A stretch of 64,000 nt of DNA from Octopus sinensis (GCF_006345805.1 NC_043003.1:17608001-17672000), one strand, 5' to 3'; counted from the stretch's first letter, positions 49,663 to 63,414 are shown. A program made the numbers and translations. The notes: generated from the sequence alone by a model not told the origin.

Positions 49663-49889
49663 TTAACCCTTTCATTACTGTATTTATTTTGAGATGCTCT
49701 ATGTTTCTTTCAATTACTTTAAATATAACAAAGAATTTAATAAATAATTTAGTTATCATTAATCTAGTGTTAGAAACATAAATTGTGACTAAGGCTTGGT
49801 GGAAGATTTTAAATCAAAACTTATGAAAACGTGGCATTTGTAATCAAAGCCAGAGCCAGTTTCAGCCGGGTTGGTAACGAAAGGGTTAA
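49663..49889. mobile_element. TTAA-flanked MITE (piggyBac-like), second family
   Basis: ttaaccctttcattac ... gtaacgaaagggttaa; inverted homologue of 62945-63163. Confidence 0.7.
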
Positions 49890-50414
49890 GCCACAATGTT
49901 GGCTTCAAATTAAAGGAGACAGAGAATATGGAATAGCAGGGTATCAGAGCAACTGCAAGAGCTTTAAGCAACAACCTAACCACTTGGTGATGTGAAGGTA
50001 CATGGCCCAGTGGTTCGAGCATGGCATTCACAATCACAACATTCTGGTTTCAGTTCCCAGTCAGCTGCACATTGAACTCTTCAGCAAAACACTTAATTTT
50101 ATATTGCTTCACTTCACTCAGCTGCAAAGGGGTAAACTTGTAACGGATTAGAATGCGAGGGCGAGATGGTGACTCAGGAAAATTACCCAAACAGAGAACT
50201 CATGAGGTATGCTTTGCATTTAGCAATCAAAAGAATGAACAGTACAGCCTATACTGTGAATCCCAATTGGTTGTTTAACCATGTTGAAGATTGACTGATT
50301 GATCGATTGATTGATTGGTTGATTGATTGAAGCTAATGCCTATAGAAAATATGATTCATGCCTGGTGAAAGCAAGAGGATGAACTCAAAACTGTTAAAAA
50401 GGTGTAGTGTAATA

Positions 50415-50977
50415 TTGGGTTGTCCGGAAAGTTCGTGCCGATTTTTAAAGGAAAGAAGAAGGTCAATTAATTCTTGCCATTACATTTCTAATTAACCAAA
50501 TATGAAACATTTTGTTGCACAATGCGTCTCCATCTTTCCTTTAACTTGAAAATACCCTCTTCTCAGAATTGAGGTGGTTTCATGACAAAGAATTCATTGA
50601 AGTATCTTTTTACATCATCCAAGGAATTGAAATTTTTACCATTAAGACTATTCTGCAAAGACCTGAATAAGTGGAAATCCGAAGGAGCAATATCTAGTGA
50701 ATATGGAAGGTGGGGTAACACATCCCAGCTGAGCTGCAGCAATTTTTGTCTGATTCTCAAAGCATCAAGTGTCGAAAATGAACTTTCTTATCTTCCATTT
50801 TAAAGGGTTACAGAATTAACACAGGTCATAGGAACATAAACCTTCCATGAAAAGATAGCTTAAACTGTGCTCTAGATGGAGGTGTAGTCAAATCCTATTT
50901 TATGGACTCAACCATATTCTAAAATAAGTCGAAATGTAAGCTGCTATAAATTGGCACAAATTTTCCAGACAACCCAA
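50415..50977 (-). mobile_element. Internally deleted mariner, second copy
   Basis: Same TIRs, TA flanks and deletion junction as 466-1031. Confidence 0.9.
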
Positions 50978-51761
50978 TATAAAGGCAGTACAAGGTGTTG
51001 TACAGTAGCTGCGTGTATGTTATTACAAGGTTTCATACAGAAGTGAAAGAATAAATACAAAATCTATACATTTACTGTATAAAAATATATTTAATTCTTC
51101 TATCAATGATAATACATAGAATCAAATTGTAGAAACTTGTTGAATGAAGTAAGCTATGCAAGAAAGTTCAGGGATAGAAAATGTAAAACAACAGCAAAGT
51201 GATAGCTTTCAGTTGTGGGGGCGTGCTACCAAGGCAAATGAAACCTGAAGTGAAATAGCACACATTGAATGAAGGGAATAAAAGGTGAACAGTTGGACAA
51301 CATTAGATGTTAGAAGAAGTAGACAAAAATTTGAAAAGTGATGGATAAAATGTAAAAATACAATATGCTCACAATAAAAGTTGTGCGCTGTAAATTGTAC
51401 ACCAAACGAAGAAAAGAAGAAGACTAACGTTTTGGGTGAACCCTTTATCAAATTAGAGCATAAAGAAAGATAGAAGAAGCAAGTAAAGGAATGAAGTGTT
51501 GCATATTTGAAGCACATGTGTATCCTTTTGCTCTATGAGGGGTGAGGTGCTGAAAAGTTCCTGGCTTTGGGTAAAAGAAAATCCAGGAGGATCGGTTAAT
51601 TATAATTTTATTCAACATATTCCCCTCACAGATTTACACACTTATTGCAGTGACCCTTCAGTTTTTCTAAGCTCTGTGAAAGAACTCAGAAAGTTAGGTC
51701 TCCAGCCAGGCCTTTTGCAATACCCTTAAAACCAGGAACTTTTCAGCAACCCCTTATATGG

Positions 51762-51986
51762 CACATAAAAAGCACCATTTGAGCGTGACTGTTGCCTGTA
51801 CCACCAAACTGGCCCTTGTGCCGGTGGTACGTAAAAGCTGCCACTACACTCTCAGAGTGGTTGGCGTTGGGAAGGGCATCCAGCTGTAGAAACTCTGCCA
51901 GATCAGATTGGAGTCTGGTTCGTCACACCTCAGTCAAAATCGTCCAACCCATGCTAGCATGGAAAGTGGACGTTAAACGATGATGA

Positions 51987-51990
<4 letters not shown>
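51762..51990 (+). mobile_element. RTE-type LINE 3' tail
   Basis: ggcgttgggaagggcatccagctgtagaaac ... ggacgttaaac(gat)n. Confidence 0.75.
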
Positions 51991-52029
<39 letters not shown>

Positions 52030-52559
52030 AGGGGGTGCTAAAAGGTTCTTGGCTTTGGGTAAAAGAAAATACAGGAGAATCAGATTCACACACTTATTGC
52101 AGTGGTCCTTCAGTTTTTCTAAACCCTGTAAAACAACTCAGAAGTTTGGGCCTCCAACCAGGAATTTCACTATACTCTTAGAGCCAGGAACTTTTTGGCA
52201 TCTCCTAATATGTTACGTAATCTTCTTTGCCTAACCTCACATTGCTCAGAATTTTGAGGAAGAGTAAACAAAAAATGACAGATGTGAGGTATTTAAGAAG
52301 CGTTTCTTCTTGAATGCTAATGAAGGAGAAGGTCAGGATATTATCAGAAGAGCATTTCAAGAAACCTTACATGCCTAAATATACTGAATACATTTTTGTT
52401 GCTGTGGTTTTTTTCCCCTTTTGAATATTTGCTGCTGAAATGGGAATGCATATTATATGCCTAGGCATCCTATATATGTCATCAAATACAAACAAACAAC
52501 ACACACACGCACGCACGCACGCACGCACGCATGTATGTGTGCATGTGTGTGTGTATACA

Positions 52560-52625
52560 CAAATATATATACATATATACATATATATATACATATATAT
52601 ATATATAGTATATATATATATATTA

Positions 52626-52710
<85 letters not shown>

Positions 52711-52719
52711 ATATGTATG

Positions 52720-52763
<44 letters not shown>

Positions 52764-52768
52764 ATATA

Positions 52769-52807
<39 letters not shown>

Positions 52808-52818
52808 CATTATATATA

Positions 52819-52849
<31 letters not shown>

Positions 52850-52850
52850 A
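52560..52850. repeat. Long interrupted (TA)n
   Basis: Direct inspection. Confidence 0.95.
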
Positions 52851-52995
52851 TACTGCATTATATTATATTAATCAAGATGCTGAGATAGCAAGTCCGTGTG
52901 GACAAGTTTTAAACAGATTCATATGTATGGGTTTATTAAACAAATTTAGTCTCGCTATCTAAATAGACTCCATGATTAAATCACAGGGCCTTCTC

Positions 52996-53042
<47 letters not shown>

Positions 53043-53274
53043 TCCTCTCTTTGCCTTTCTTGCTATTTCTCTCTTTCTCTCTTCCCAGAACGAACTGAAG
53101 AACAGCTTGACTTGATTCAGATAGTCTCTACTCGATCATAACAAAGGTTTGCTTCCACCTTTCCTGCAAATACTGTTGCTAACAGCTACATATAAAAAGA
53201 TGTGTTCAACAACAGGCATTACTTTTATTCATTTATGCTGCAAAACTACATTATTAATTCCTTAACAGACTAGG

Positions 53275-53441
53275 CGTAGGAGTGGCTGTGTGGTAAGTAG
53301 CTTGCTTACGAACCACATAGTTCTGGGTTCAGTTCCACTGCATGGCACCTTGGGCAAGTGTCTTCTACTATAGCCTCGGGCCACCCAAAGTCTTGTGAGT
53401 GGATTTGGTAGACGGAAACTGAAAGAAGCCCATCATATATA

Positions 53442-53488
<47 letters not shown>

Positions 53489-53504
53489 GTATGTATGTAT
53501 GTAT

Positions 53505-53552
<48 letters not shown>

Positions 53553-53780
53553 TGTGTGTGTATATGTTTGTGTGTCTGTGTTTGTCCCCCTAACATCACT
53601 TGACAACCAATGGTGTGTTTATGTCCCCGTAACTTAGCAGTTCCGCAAAAGAGACCAATAGAATAAGTACTAGGCTTACAAAGAATAATTCCTGGGGTCG
53701 ATTTGCTCGACTAAAGGCCATGCTCTAGCATGGCCACAGTCAAATGACTGAAACAAGTAAAAGAACAAAAGAGTAAAAGA
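53275..53780 (+). mobile_element. SINE-B with expanded internal (TA)n
   Basis: ggcgtaggagtggctgtgtggtaag ... gagtaaaaga. Confidence 0.85.
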
Positions 53781-54051
53781 GACTATGGCAGCAGAATTAT
53801 AGGTAAATTGTAAATAAAGCATTTAGGAAATAACATATTTTGCCTTTAATGTAGCTAGAGTGTGTGCTGCCCAGGGTGGCCCTTCAGTTTGCCACCCCTG
53901 GCCCCCACAATAAATACATATTGTCTACAGCAGACCCAAAAGTGGTGCTGCCCACCCCCCATGAAAGTGCCACTCAGGGTGGACCACCCACTCTGATCTC
54001 CTCTAGCTGCACTAGTGTATTTTGCTTCACTGTTAAAGCAGATCTTGTAGT

Positions 54052-54490
54052 GAAGGCAGCCAGCTGGCAAAATCGGTAGCATGCTGGGCAAAATGCTTGG
54101 CTGTATTTTGTCTGCCGCTATGTTCTGACTTCAAATTCCACCGAGGTTGACTTTTGGGGTTGAGTAAATAAATACCATTTACACACTGGGGTCGATATAA
54201 TCAACTTAATCCCTTTGTCTGTCCTTGTTTGTCCCCTCTATGTTTAGCCCCTTGTGGGTAGTAAAGAAATAAGAAACTTTAGCACACCAGGTGAAATGCT
54301 TAGCGGTATTTCATCTGCTGCTACATTCTGAGTTCAAATTCTGCCGAGGTTGACTTTGCCTTTCATCCTTTTGGGGTTGAGTAAATAAGTACCAGTTATG
54401 CACTGGGGGTCGATAAAATCGACTTAATCCGTTTGTCTGTCCTTGTTTGTCCCCTCTATGTTTAGCCCCTTGTGGGCAATAAAGAAATAA
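54052..54490 (+). mobile_element. Two tandem SINE-A units with a non-standard junction
   Basis: aaagaaataagaaactttagcacacc junction. Confidence 0.75.
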
Positions 54491-54581
54491 GATGTTGTAG
54501 TGAAACCTCTGAACAATTCGGTTTTGCCTGCCTGTTAACAGCTCATTAATATCTGCAGAATGGTCTGAAGAACAATGTGTA

Positions 54582-54636
<55 letters not shown>

Positions 54637-54984
54637 ATGTATGTGTATGTGTGTGGGTATGAGTATGTTTGTGCACATATGCATGTGTATGCGTGTGTGT
54701 TTGTGTCTCTGTGCTTGCTGCCTTCGGCACTTAACAGCCACTGTTGGTTTTGTTATGTCACCGTAACTTAATGGTCCAGCCAAAGGAAACTATCAAACTA
54801 ATTACCAGACTTAGATAATTAGCTTTAGAGCCATTTTGCCTAATTAATTCTTCAAAATGCTTCCCAAAATGAATGCATCAAATAACTGAAATATGTAGAA
54901 GAATATTCATGCGTATATATCTTTGTAATTTCAGCTCAGAGCTACAGCCATGCTGGTGCACCGCCATTTTGCTACACTGTTATT

Positions 54985-55575
54985 ACTGAGATCCTCCTCT
55001 AATATCTGGCACTTGGTGAAGAATGGAGTTTGATGTGGCTACCCTAATTTGCACCTCTTGCCGTGAGGTAGGTTCATCTGGGATCCTCAACAGAAAGAGA
55101 TCCAGCCTTGATTTAAAAACACCTACATCTACTTTGTGCAGGTTCCCCAGGCTCTTTGGGAGAATATTAAAAAGCTGTGGGCCCCTGAAACCTAGGCTGT
55201 TGCAGTAACTGGTCCTGAAGCGCGATGGCATTGCTGGGATCTTTGGCACTATACAGTGTCGACCTGTTCTGGCATTGGTGTAGCTTTCAATGCCAAAATT
55301 TGGCACAATTCCTTCCAGGATCTTCCAGATGTATATTATTGCATACCTCTCCCGCCTTCATTCCAGGGAGTAGAGTCTTAACTGTTTCAGCCTTTCCCAG
55401 CAGCTGAGCTGTTGCAATGAAATAATCTTTGTGAAGCTTCACTGGATTTCTTCAAGGTCTGCTGTTGATTTTACACTGTTGGCTGACTATAGCTGGGAGC
55501 AGTAATCCAGGTGGCTGAGGACGAATGTCCTCCAGAGGACCATCATGGTTTCCTTATCTCTGGTTCTGTGTATGT
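54985..55575 (-). mobile_element. CR1/L2-group LINE ORF2 C-terminal relic
   Basis: [16 protein letters not shown] ... FRGPQLFNILPKSL ... FKSRLDLFL. Confidence 0.75.
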
Positions 55576-55642
55576 GCATATACAAATATGTACATACATA
55601 CATATATATGTACATACATACATACATACATACATACATACA

Positions 55643-55713
<71 letters not shown>

Positions 55714-56689
55714 AAAGAGTGGATGTATTTCCACACAGGAAAAAATATAGACAAATTTGTTGAAAATGCACCTAAATTTGAAAAACTTGTAATTGCTTAA
55801 AATAAATTTATTTACATATATACCAAACTAGTTTCAACAATATTTTTTGCTTGTCAATGGTAAAAATTTAGAATTATGAATTAGAAAAACATGTTTAAAA
55901 ATTTCAATGTTGACAGGTCCAGATGTCCATAACAAACAAATTTAGAATTATGAATTAGAAAAACATGTTTAAAAATTTCAATGTTGACAAGTTTATATGT
56001 TCATAACAGTCAATAATATTAAAAATGTGTGTCAATTTGTTTGAATGTACAAAGTTCATTAGTGTTAGTAGAGATTGATAAGAAATGAATATCATCAAAT
56101 TTTCAGTCATACTGAGTTAAGAGGGAAAAAAACAAGGGAGAGATGAAGATAGTAAAAAAATGAGATTTGGTTTATAATTTCTCTGATCCTCTTTTCATCA
56201 TGTGTAAGAACTTTTGCTTGTAATGGTGTGTTTTGGAATCTGGTGTGTTTATAATTTTCTTCTGTGACTGGATCTGATTTTTGATTCGTTAAAGTACTAG
56301 TGATGTCTTGTTTTTCTGTTGGTCAAGTTTGTTGTTCTACCTGGTTGGCTTCCATGTGGGGAATGGTCATCGGTCATTCCAGTTGGTTGGTTCTCTTAAA
56401 GTGTCATTTTGTTGAATTTACTGTTGTTCAATTTTGATTGGTCTAGAGTTAGGTAATGTCAGTAACTGGTATTTGTAAAATTTCATCGGTCTAGAGATAG
56501 ATGTTGACAACTGGTGTTTGTATGGTGTTATTGTATGGCGATTTGGAGTTGCAGTTTTGAAACCCGGATGGAAGACTGATACTAAAGTTTTTAAAACTGT
56601 TTGTTGCTCCTGGGGTTTTTTTTTTTTGTGGAGAAATTGAGTCTTTTTTCCTTTTTCTCTTTAGTGTTTTTTCTTCTTTTTAAAGGATA

Positions 56690-56922
56690 TTCAGCTGTGC
56701 TTTATATTTTTATTTTTCAATGAATATGCTCCCCTTATTTAAACGGAATTGTGTTGAAGTGTTTCAGGTGCATTGACAGAGAGGGAAGGTTGGGTATTTC
56801 AGCTTTATGTTTACAGAGCATTGGTCTAGGTGTTTGCTTACAGGAATTTTCCCAGTCGTGGGTTCCCAGATTTGTTACCTGTGCACCGTTAGTCTGTCCC
56901 TCAAGGTAAAACTAGTATATTG
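56690..56922 (-). mobile_element. Penelope-like GIY-YIG endonuclease C-terminal relic
   Basis: TSFTLRDRLTVHR*QIWEPTTGKIPVSKHLDQC...FRLNKGSIFIEK*KYKAQLN, three stops. Confidence 0.6.
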
Positions 56923-56934
56923 AGGCCCTGGGTC

Positions 56935-57510
56935 GTGTACCACACTGCCTAGATACCAATCCTGAGAAATTAGGCTTCTCAAAACTGGAAAAGAGAAACC
57001 TAATTTGAAGACAACAGATCCAATCCATCACTGGAACTGTAAAAATCTGTAAAACTTTCCAAAGTTTATCATTTAAATATATATATGCATGTCTAGATAT
57101 GCAACAATATGCATGAGAAACTGTGTACAGTTGTGGAGATTAGCTACCCGGCAGATGTTAACATAAAGCTGAAAAACAGTGAAAAAGAGAATACCTATGC
57201 TGAACTATTGAGAATCCTGTAGTTACTCTATCCAGATTACACATTCAGATTTACACCTGTGATTATTGGGGCAGTGGGATATATAACACACTGTCTAAAT
57301 ACCAATTTTGAGAAATTAGGCTTCTCAGAACCAGAAAGGAGAAAGCTAATTCATAGACTATAGGTCCAGTCCATCACTGGAACTGTAAAAATCTGTGAAA
57401 TTTTCCAGAAGTTTATCATTCAAATATATATAAACATGTCTAGATATGCAACTATATACATGAGAATAGATACAGCAAAACATACAAATCTGCACATATA
57501 CATACATACA

Positions 57511-57544
<34 letters not shown>

Positions 57545-57660
57545 CATACAAAAATACCATGTTGTTGATGTTGAAATTCCAATGAAGGAACCTAGGATGT
57601 AGGTTACAAACCAGCTCTTTGTCTATTGGCAAGAAATCTTGAAATAAAACTGAACAATGA
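56935..57660 (+). mobile_element. Two tandem 3' ends of an RLE-type LINE terminating in (CATA)n
   Basis: CTVVEISYPADVNIKLKNSEKENTYAELL...FTPVIIGAVG...SITGTVKIC; ending repeated at 56960-57110. Confidence 0.7.
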
Positions 57661-58354
57661 CATACATACATACATACATACATACATACATACATACATA
57701 CATACATACACACATACATACACACACACACATACATACATACACACATACATACATACATACATACAAACATAAATACATACTAGGGACATGCTGTCTA
57801 GGCAGGCAAGGTAGGCAGTGCCTACCTTGAAGAAAATAGATTGATAGCAACGTTTTTCTTTTATGGCAAATAAAATTCAATAAAATTATGAAGGTTACTC
57901 TGATTACTATGCATAAAATGCAAAATATACATTTTTTTGTTTAGATTAGGTAGGCATAATTCATCCCTGCTTTTCAATCTATGCATAATATTGCTCTAGT
58001 ACATGTGCCACATACATTCCTGCAACAACGTTTTCTTTACATGCTATAAAAGCAGAAATAGATCTGCCTACAACTCAGTTGTGTGCCTGTGTTTCGCTTA
58101 TTTTTGTACGTTTTACTACATAAAGGTTATCAACTGCCTACCCTGAGTAATTACTGATGGCACATGCCTGATGCAATTATATGCAAAAGGTATCTTTCAC
58201 TTTCCATCTACCAGATCCACTCACAAGGTTTTGGTTGGTCCAGGGTTATAGTATAAGACACTTGCTCAAGGTGTCAAGCAGTGAAGCTGCATATATAACC
58301 ATATGGTTGCTAAGAAAACTTGAGCCAACATGCTTGAGCCAATACGTAATATTA

Positions 58355-59450
58355 TTTTCTACTCTAGGGAAAAGGCCCGAAATTTTGGAGGAGGGGACCA
58401 GTCGATTAGATCAACCCCAGTATGTAACTGATACTTAATTTATTGACCCCAAAAGGATGAAAGGTAAAGTCGACCTCGGTGGAATTTGAACTTAGAACGT
58501 AAAGACAGACGAAATACCACTAATCATTTCACCCGGCATGCTAATTATTCTGCCAACTTGCTGCCTTGCTATTATGTAATGTGTATTCCTTTATTGCTCA
58601 CAGGGGGATAAACTTAGAGGGGACAAACAAGGACAGACAAAGGAATTAAGTCAATTACAGCAACCCCAGTGCATAACTGGTACTTATTTAAATGACCCTG
58701 AAAGAATGAAAGCAAAGTCAACCTTGGCAGAATTTGAACTCAGAACGTAAAGACAGATAAAATATCGTTATGCATTTCGCTCGGCATGCTAACTATTCTG
58801 GCAGCTCACCACCTTGCCAATACGTAATATTCTTTTCTACTCTAGGCACAAGGCCTGAAATTTGGGTGAAAGGGGCCCATTAATTAGATTGACACCAGTA
58901 CACAACTGATACATAATTTATTGATCCTGAAAGGATGAAAGGCAAAGTCGACCTTGGTGGAATTTGAACTCAGAATGTAAAAACCAACGAAATACCACTA
59001 AGCATTTCACCCGGCATGCTAACTATTATTATTTTTTTATTGCCCACAAGGGCCTAAACATAGAAGGGACTAACAAAGACAGACAAAGGGATTAAGTTGA
59101 TTACATTGACCCCAGTGCGGCACTGGTACTTAATTTATTGACCCCGAAAGGATGAAAGGCAAAGTTGACCTTAGCGGTTTTTGAACTCAGAACGTAATGG
59201 CAGATAAAATACTTATTTCTTTACTACCCACAAGGGGCTAAGCACAGAGGGGACAAACGAGGACAGACAAATGGATTAAGTCGATTACATAAACCCCAGT
59301 GTGTAACTGGTACTTAATTTATCAACCCAGAAAGGATGAAAGGCAAAGTCAACCTCAGTGAAATTTGAACTTAGAACATAACGGCAGACGAAATACCACT
59401 AAGTATTTCACCCAGCATGCTAACTATTCTGCCAGCTCGCTGCCTTGCCA
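58355..59450 (-). mobile_element. Head-to-tail cluster of about six SINE-A units
   Basis: Repeated aaggatgaaaggcaaagtcgacc..gaatttgaactcagaacgt cores, all on the minus strand. Confidence 0.85.
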
Positions 59451-59904
59451 ATATGTAATATTAAAGAAACAGTACTTAAGTCTGAGACAATGGTCTGCCT
59501 TGGCAAATAAGAACAAAACAATGACAAATAATAAAAATGTGAAACGAATTCTGACAGTTTGGGGGCTATTCATTACCCTCCTCTCTACTAAATACCTGGT
59601 CATTCCATTTACCATTTTTATCCTCCTTCACTTCACTTTCTGCCTTCCAGCACACTTGACCTCATTTCTTCCAAAGAAAGGTTCTGCTGAAATTATCAGA
59701 ACTTGCCACATTTTCTCACAGCTCAGGGAACTTATCTATTAGGAATGTTATTATTATCTGTAGTAACATTAGTCATTCTAGCAAGGAAATTTGCCCTAAA
59801 GTAATTAATATAAGTAGTCTATAAGAATTCACTTACCAAAGCTTCCGCTTGTGTCTTAGTTGCCAATATCGTAACAGACTTTAGTGATATTTCTGTGCTA
59901 GATA

Positions 59905-60074
59905 GGTACAGGCATGAGCGTGTGGTAAAAAAGCTTGCTTCCCAACCACATGATTCTGGGTTCAGTCCCCACTGTGTGACATCTTGGGCAAGTGTCTTCC
60001 ACTATAGCCTTGGGTTGACCAAAGCCTTGTGAGTGGATTTGGTAGATAGAAACTGAAAAAAGCCTGTTGTATAC

Positions 60075-60109
<35 letters not shown>

Positions 60110-60440
60110 TGTGTAAACAATGATGATGATGATGATGATGATATATACACACACATATATTTATATATATGTATGTATGCATGTATGTTTATGTGTGTGC
60201 CTTTGTGTCTGTGTTTGCCTGTCTGTGACTGCTTGAGAAACGGTGTTGGTGCGTTTGTGTCCCTGTAACTTAGCAGTTCAGCAAAAGAGACTGATAGAAT
60301 AAGTACCAGACTTTAAAAAAAATAAATTCTGAGGGTCGATTCATTCGACCAACAATATTTCAAGGTGGTGCTCCAGCATGGCCACAGTCTAATGACTAAA
60401 ACAAGTAAGAGATAAAAGATAAAAGATTAAAGATTAAAGA
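59905..60440 (+). mobile_element. SINE-B with compound internal microsatellite
   Basis: gtaggtacaggcatgagcgtgtggtaa ... acaagtaagagataaaagat. Confidence 0.8.
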
Positions 60441-60806
60441 TAGGTAGGAGATATTTTTAACAAACAACTGAATAATGCTCTTTAAAATGGTAATTTATAC
60501 AATAAACTTTTAGACATAAAGAATAACAGTAATTAGTCTTTCTAATTTTGGCACAAGGCCAGCAATTTTGGGTGAGGGAAGGTGAGTTGTTTACATAAAC
60601 ACTTATGCTTAACAGGTATTTATTTTATTGACCTGAAAGTTTGAAAAATAAACAGTGCCCGCTGCAGAATTTGGATTCAGCACATAACGAGCTAGAAGAA
60701 ATACATAAAACACTTTTTATGACGTTCTAACGATTCTACCAGCTCTGTACCTAATATAATAATAACAGTAATAATAATAATAATAATAATAACAATAATA
60801 ATAATA

Positions 60807-60847
<41 letters not shown>

Positions 60848-60849
<2 letters not shown>

Positions 60850-61206
60850 GACTAAAACAATACCTGTTGACATAGGTGCCCTGGGAATAATAGCGAAAGG
60901 GGCTGATTGCTACCTAGCTCAGATACCAGGAAACCCAAAAATGGCAGAAATCCAAAAGATAGTGCCCATGGGAACTGCTCATATCCTACGCAAAATACTT
61001 TCTATGTAATCTCAGGGTTGAAAACAAACATAATTTTGGTTTTTTTATTTAGACATTCACTAGTACAACACCAAAAAAAAAACAAAAACAAATATATGGC
61101 ACGCTAGGCATAACAACAACATGAACTTCCAACCTGTTGTCTCTTGAGGTCTCTGGGTGACACTTGGAGCCAACTTGTACAAATATAAAGCAAAAGTCAA
61201 ACATAG
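60848..61206 (+). mobile_element. 5'-truncated Dong/R4-like LINE 3' end in (AAT)n
   Basis: Open frame 60848-61009 KTKTIPVDIGALGIIAKG...IQKIVPMGTAHILRKILSM*, typical RLE-LINE C-terminus; (AAT)n on both flanks. Confidence 0.75.
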
Positions 61207-61302
61207 AATAATAATAATAATAATAATGATAATAATAATAATAACAATAATAATCATAATCATAATAATGATAGTAATAATAATAATAATGATAATAATA
61301 AT

Positions 61303-61513
61303 CCTTTCTACTAAAGGCGCAAGGCCCTGAAATTTGGGGGAGGAGGATAGCTGATTACATTGATCCCAGCACACAACTGGTACTTAATTTATCAACCCCG
61401 AAAGGATGAAAGCAAAGTTGCCCTTGGTGGCATTTGAACTCAGAATGTAATGGCAGATAAAATACTGCTAAGCATTTCACCCGGCATGCTAACAATTTTG
61501 CCAGCTCACCACT

Positions 61514-61562
<49 letters not shown>

Positions 61563-61793
61563 TAATAATGATAATAATGATCTTTTCTACTCTAGACACA
61601 AGGCCTGAAGTTTTTGGGGAAGGGGCCAGTTGATTTGATCAACCCCAGTGTGCAACTGGTACTTAATTTATCGATCCTGAAAGGATGAAAGACGAAGTCA
61701 ACTTCGGCAGAATTTGAACTCAGAACATAAGGACAGATGGAATACCGCTAAGCATTTCGCCTAGCATGCTAACGTTTCTGCCAGCTCACTGCC

Positions 61794-61795
<2 letters not shown>
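61303..61795 (-). mobile_element. Two SINE-A copies with (ATT)n tails
   Basis: (aat)n-cctttctact..caaggcc tail reverse complement plus core. Confidence 0.8.
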
Positions 61796-61861
<66 letters not shown>

Positions 61862-61862
<1 letters not shown>

Positions 61863-62405
61863 GTACCAGGCAGTGGCTCTCATGGCTTCTGATCTTAACT
61901 GATTGGAAGTGTTATCATGTACATTGTTTTGTCTTGGTATAAAAGATGGGCTACAGCAAATTTTCTGCTCAATACCACAGATTTGCTTGTCAGTTGTTTG
62001 ACCTTAACCAGTTGAGCATGTCCCTTAGTGGCTGACGATATGTGCATCTCTGATCACGAGCAGAAGTAGTGGGGGAGCATCATAGCCATGTGTTGAGAAG
62101 GATTCTTTGGGGTTTGAATAATTCACCTCTGGAAACATGGGTGTTTCGTTCAACGTCCTTAAACAACCCTTATTCAGGGACCTTTTGAGCGGGATGGGTT
62201 ACTCGATCTGAAGAAAATTCTAACTGAGCTCCACCTGCAAGGTCATGTGCTGTTTATCTTGATATGAGATCACCATGTCGTGCACATATGGTTGTGATGC
62301 ATGTGCCTGGTGTACCCTTATCAGACGGGTAGTCATGATGGGTATACTGGGCTTCGTATATTTTACCCCAGTGTCACTTTGATGGCATGCTCTGCTCGCT
62401 CACTC
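61862..62405 (+). mobile_element. Family D element
   Basis: (aat)n-agtaccaggcagtggctc ... ctcgctcactc-(aat)n. Confidence 0.8.
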
Positions 62406-62440
<35 letters not shown>

Positions 62441-62944
62441 TAATAATAATAGTAATAATAATAATAATATTAATATTAATAATAATGATAATGAAGATGA
62501 TAATAATAATAAAAATAGTTTCTTATTAACCATAAGTGTTTACATTAAGAAAAACATTATGGACTGCACAAGACAAATAAGAATGTGTGTGTGTATGTGT
62601 GTGAGTATGTGCTGTTGTGAGGCTTTTGCATGTAAACAAGACCAACAAAATTTAAAAACACTTTCAATACAGTAAAAATAAGAGCATCACAAAAAACCAC
62701 AGCACATACCCAAGGCACACAGAGCTGCACTTGGTAGTTCGGTGAAAGCACAATATAAAAATAAGACTACAGAATAGTAATCATAATAGTTGAACAGATG
62801 GATTGAGCAAACAAGCATAAAAGCTAGTTTAGTGCAGTTCTAGAAAACAGTGTTATTAGGAACAGCTAGGATACTTAGGAAGGTTCTTGGCATCTAAGGT
62901 TACTTGTTATAGTCCGATGTTAGGAATTTTTCTTTTCCAATAGT

Positions 62945-63414
62945 TTAACCCTTTCGTTACCATCCCGGCTGAAACTGCCTCTGGCTCTGTAGTACAAATG
63001 TCTTGTTTTCATAAGTTTTGAATTAAAATCTTCCACCAGACCTTATGCTTCTAACAATAGCTGAATGATAACTATGTTATTTTATTAAATTCTTTGTTAT
63101 TTTTAAAATTAAGTGAAAGAAACACAAAACATCTCAACAGAAATCTGGTAACAAAAGGGTTAAAATATATAATAGAGAAACAATTCTTAACCCTTTCGTT
63201 ACCAACTCAGCTGAAACTGACTCTGGCTCTCAGTACAAATGCCTTGTTTTCATAAGTTTTGAATTAAAATCTTCCACCAAACCTTAGTCAAAATTTATGT
63301 TCCTAACACTACCTGAATGATAACTATGTTCTTTTTCTAAATTCTTTGTTATATTTAAAGTAATTGAAAGAGACACAGAGCATCTCAACAGAAATATAGT
63401 AACAAAAGGGTTAA
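62945..63414. mobile_element. Two adjacent TTAA-flanked MITEs (62945-63163, 63187-63414)
   Basis: Each ttaaccctttcgttacc ... gtaacaaaagggttaa. Confidence 0.75.

Noticed and set aside
55865-56000. ~67-bp tandem duplicate as a regulatory repeat
   Set aside because: Two AT-rich copies only; no motif supporting function.
57570-57620. ccaatgaagg-aaccta-ggatg-taggtt-acaaacc as a hammerhead
   Set aside because: A stem is present but both core segments deviate (CCAATGA, CAAA).
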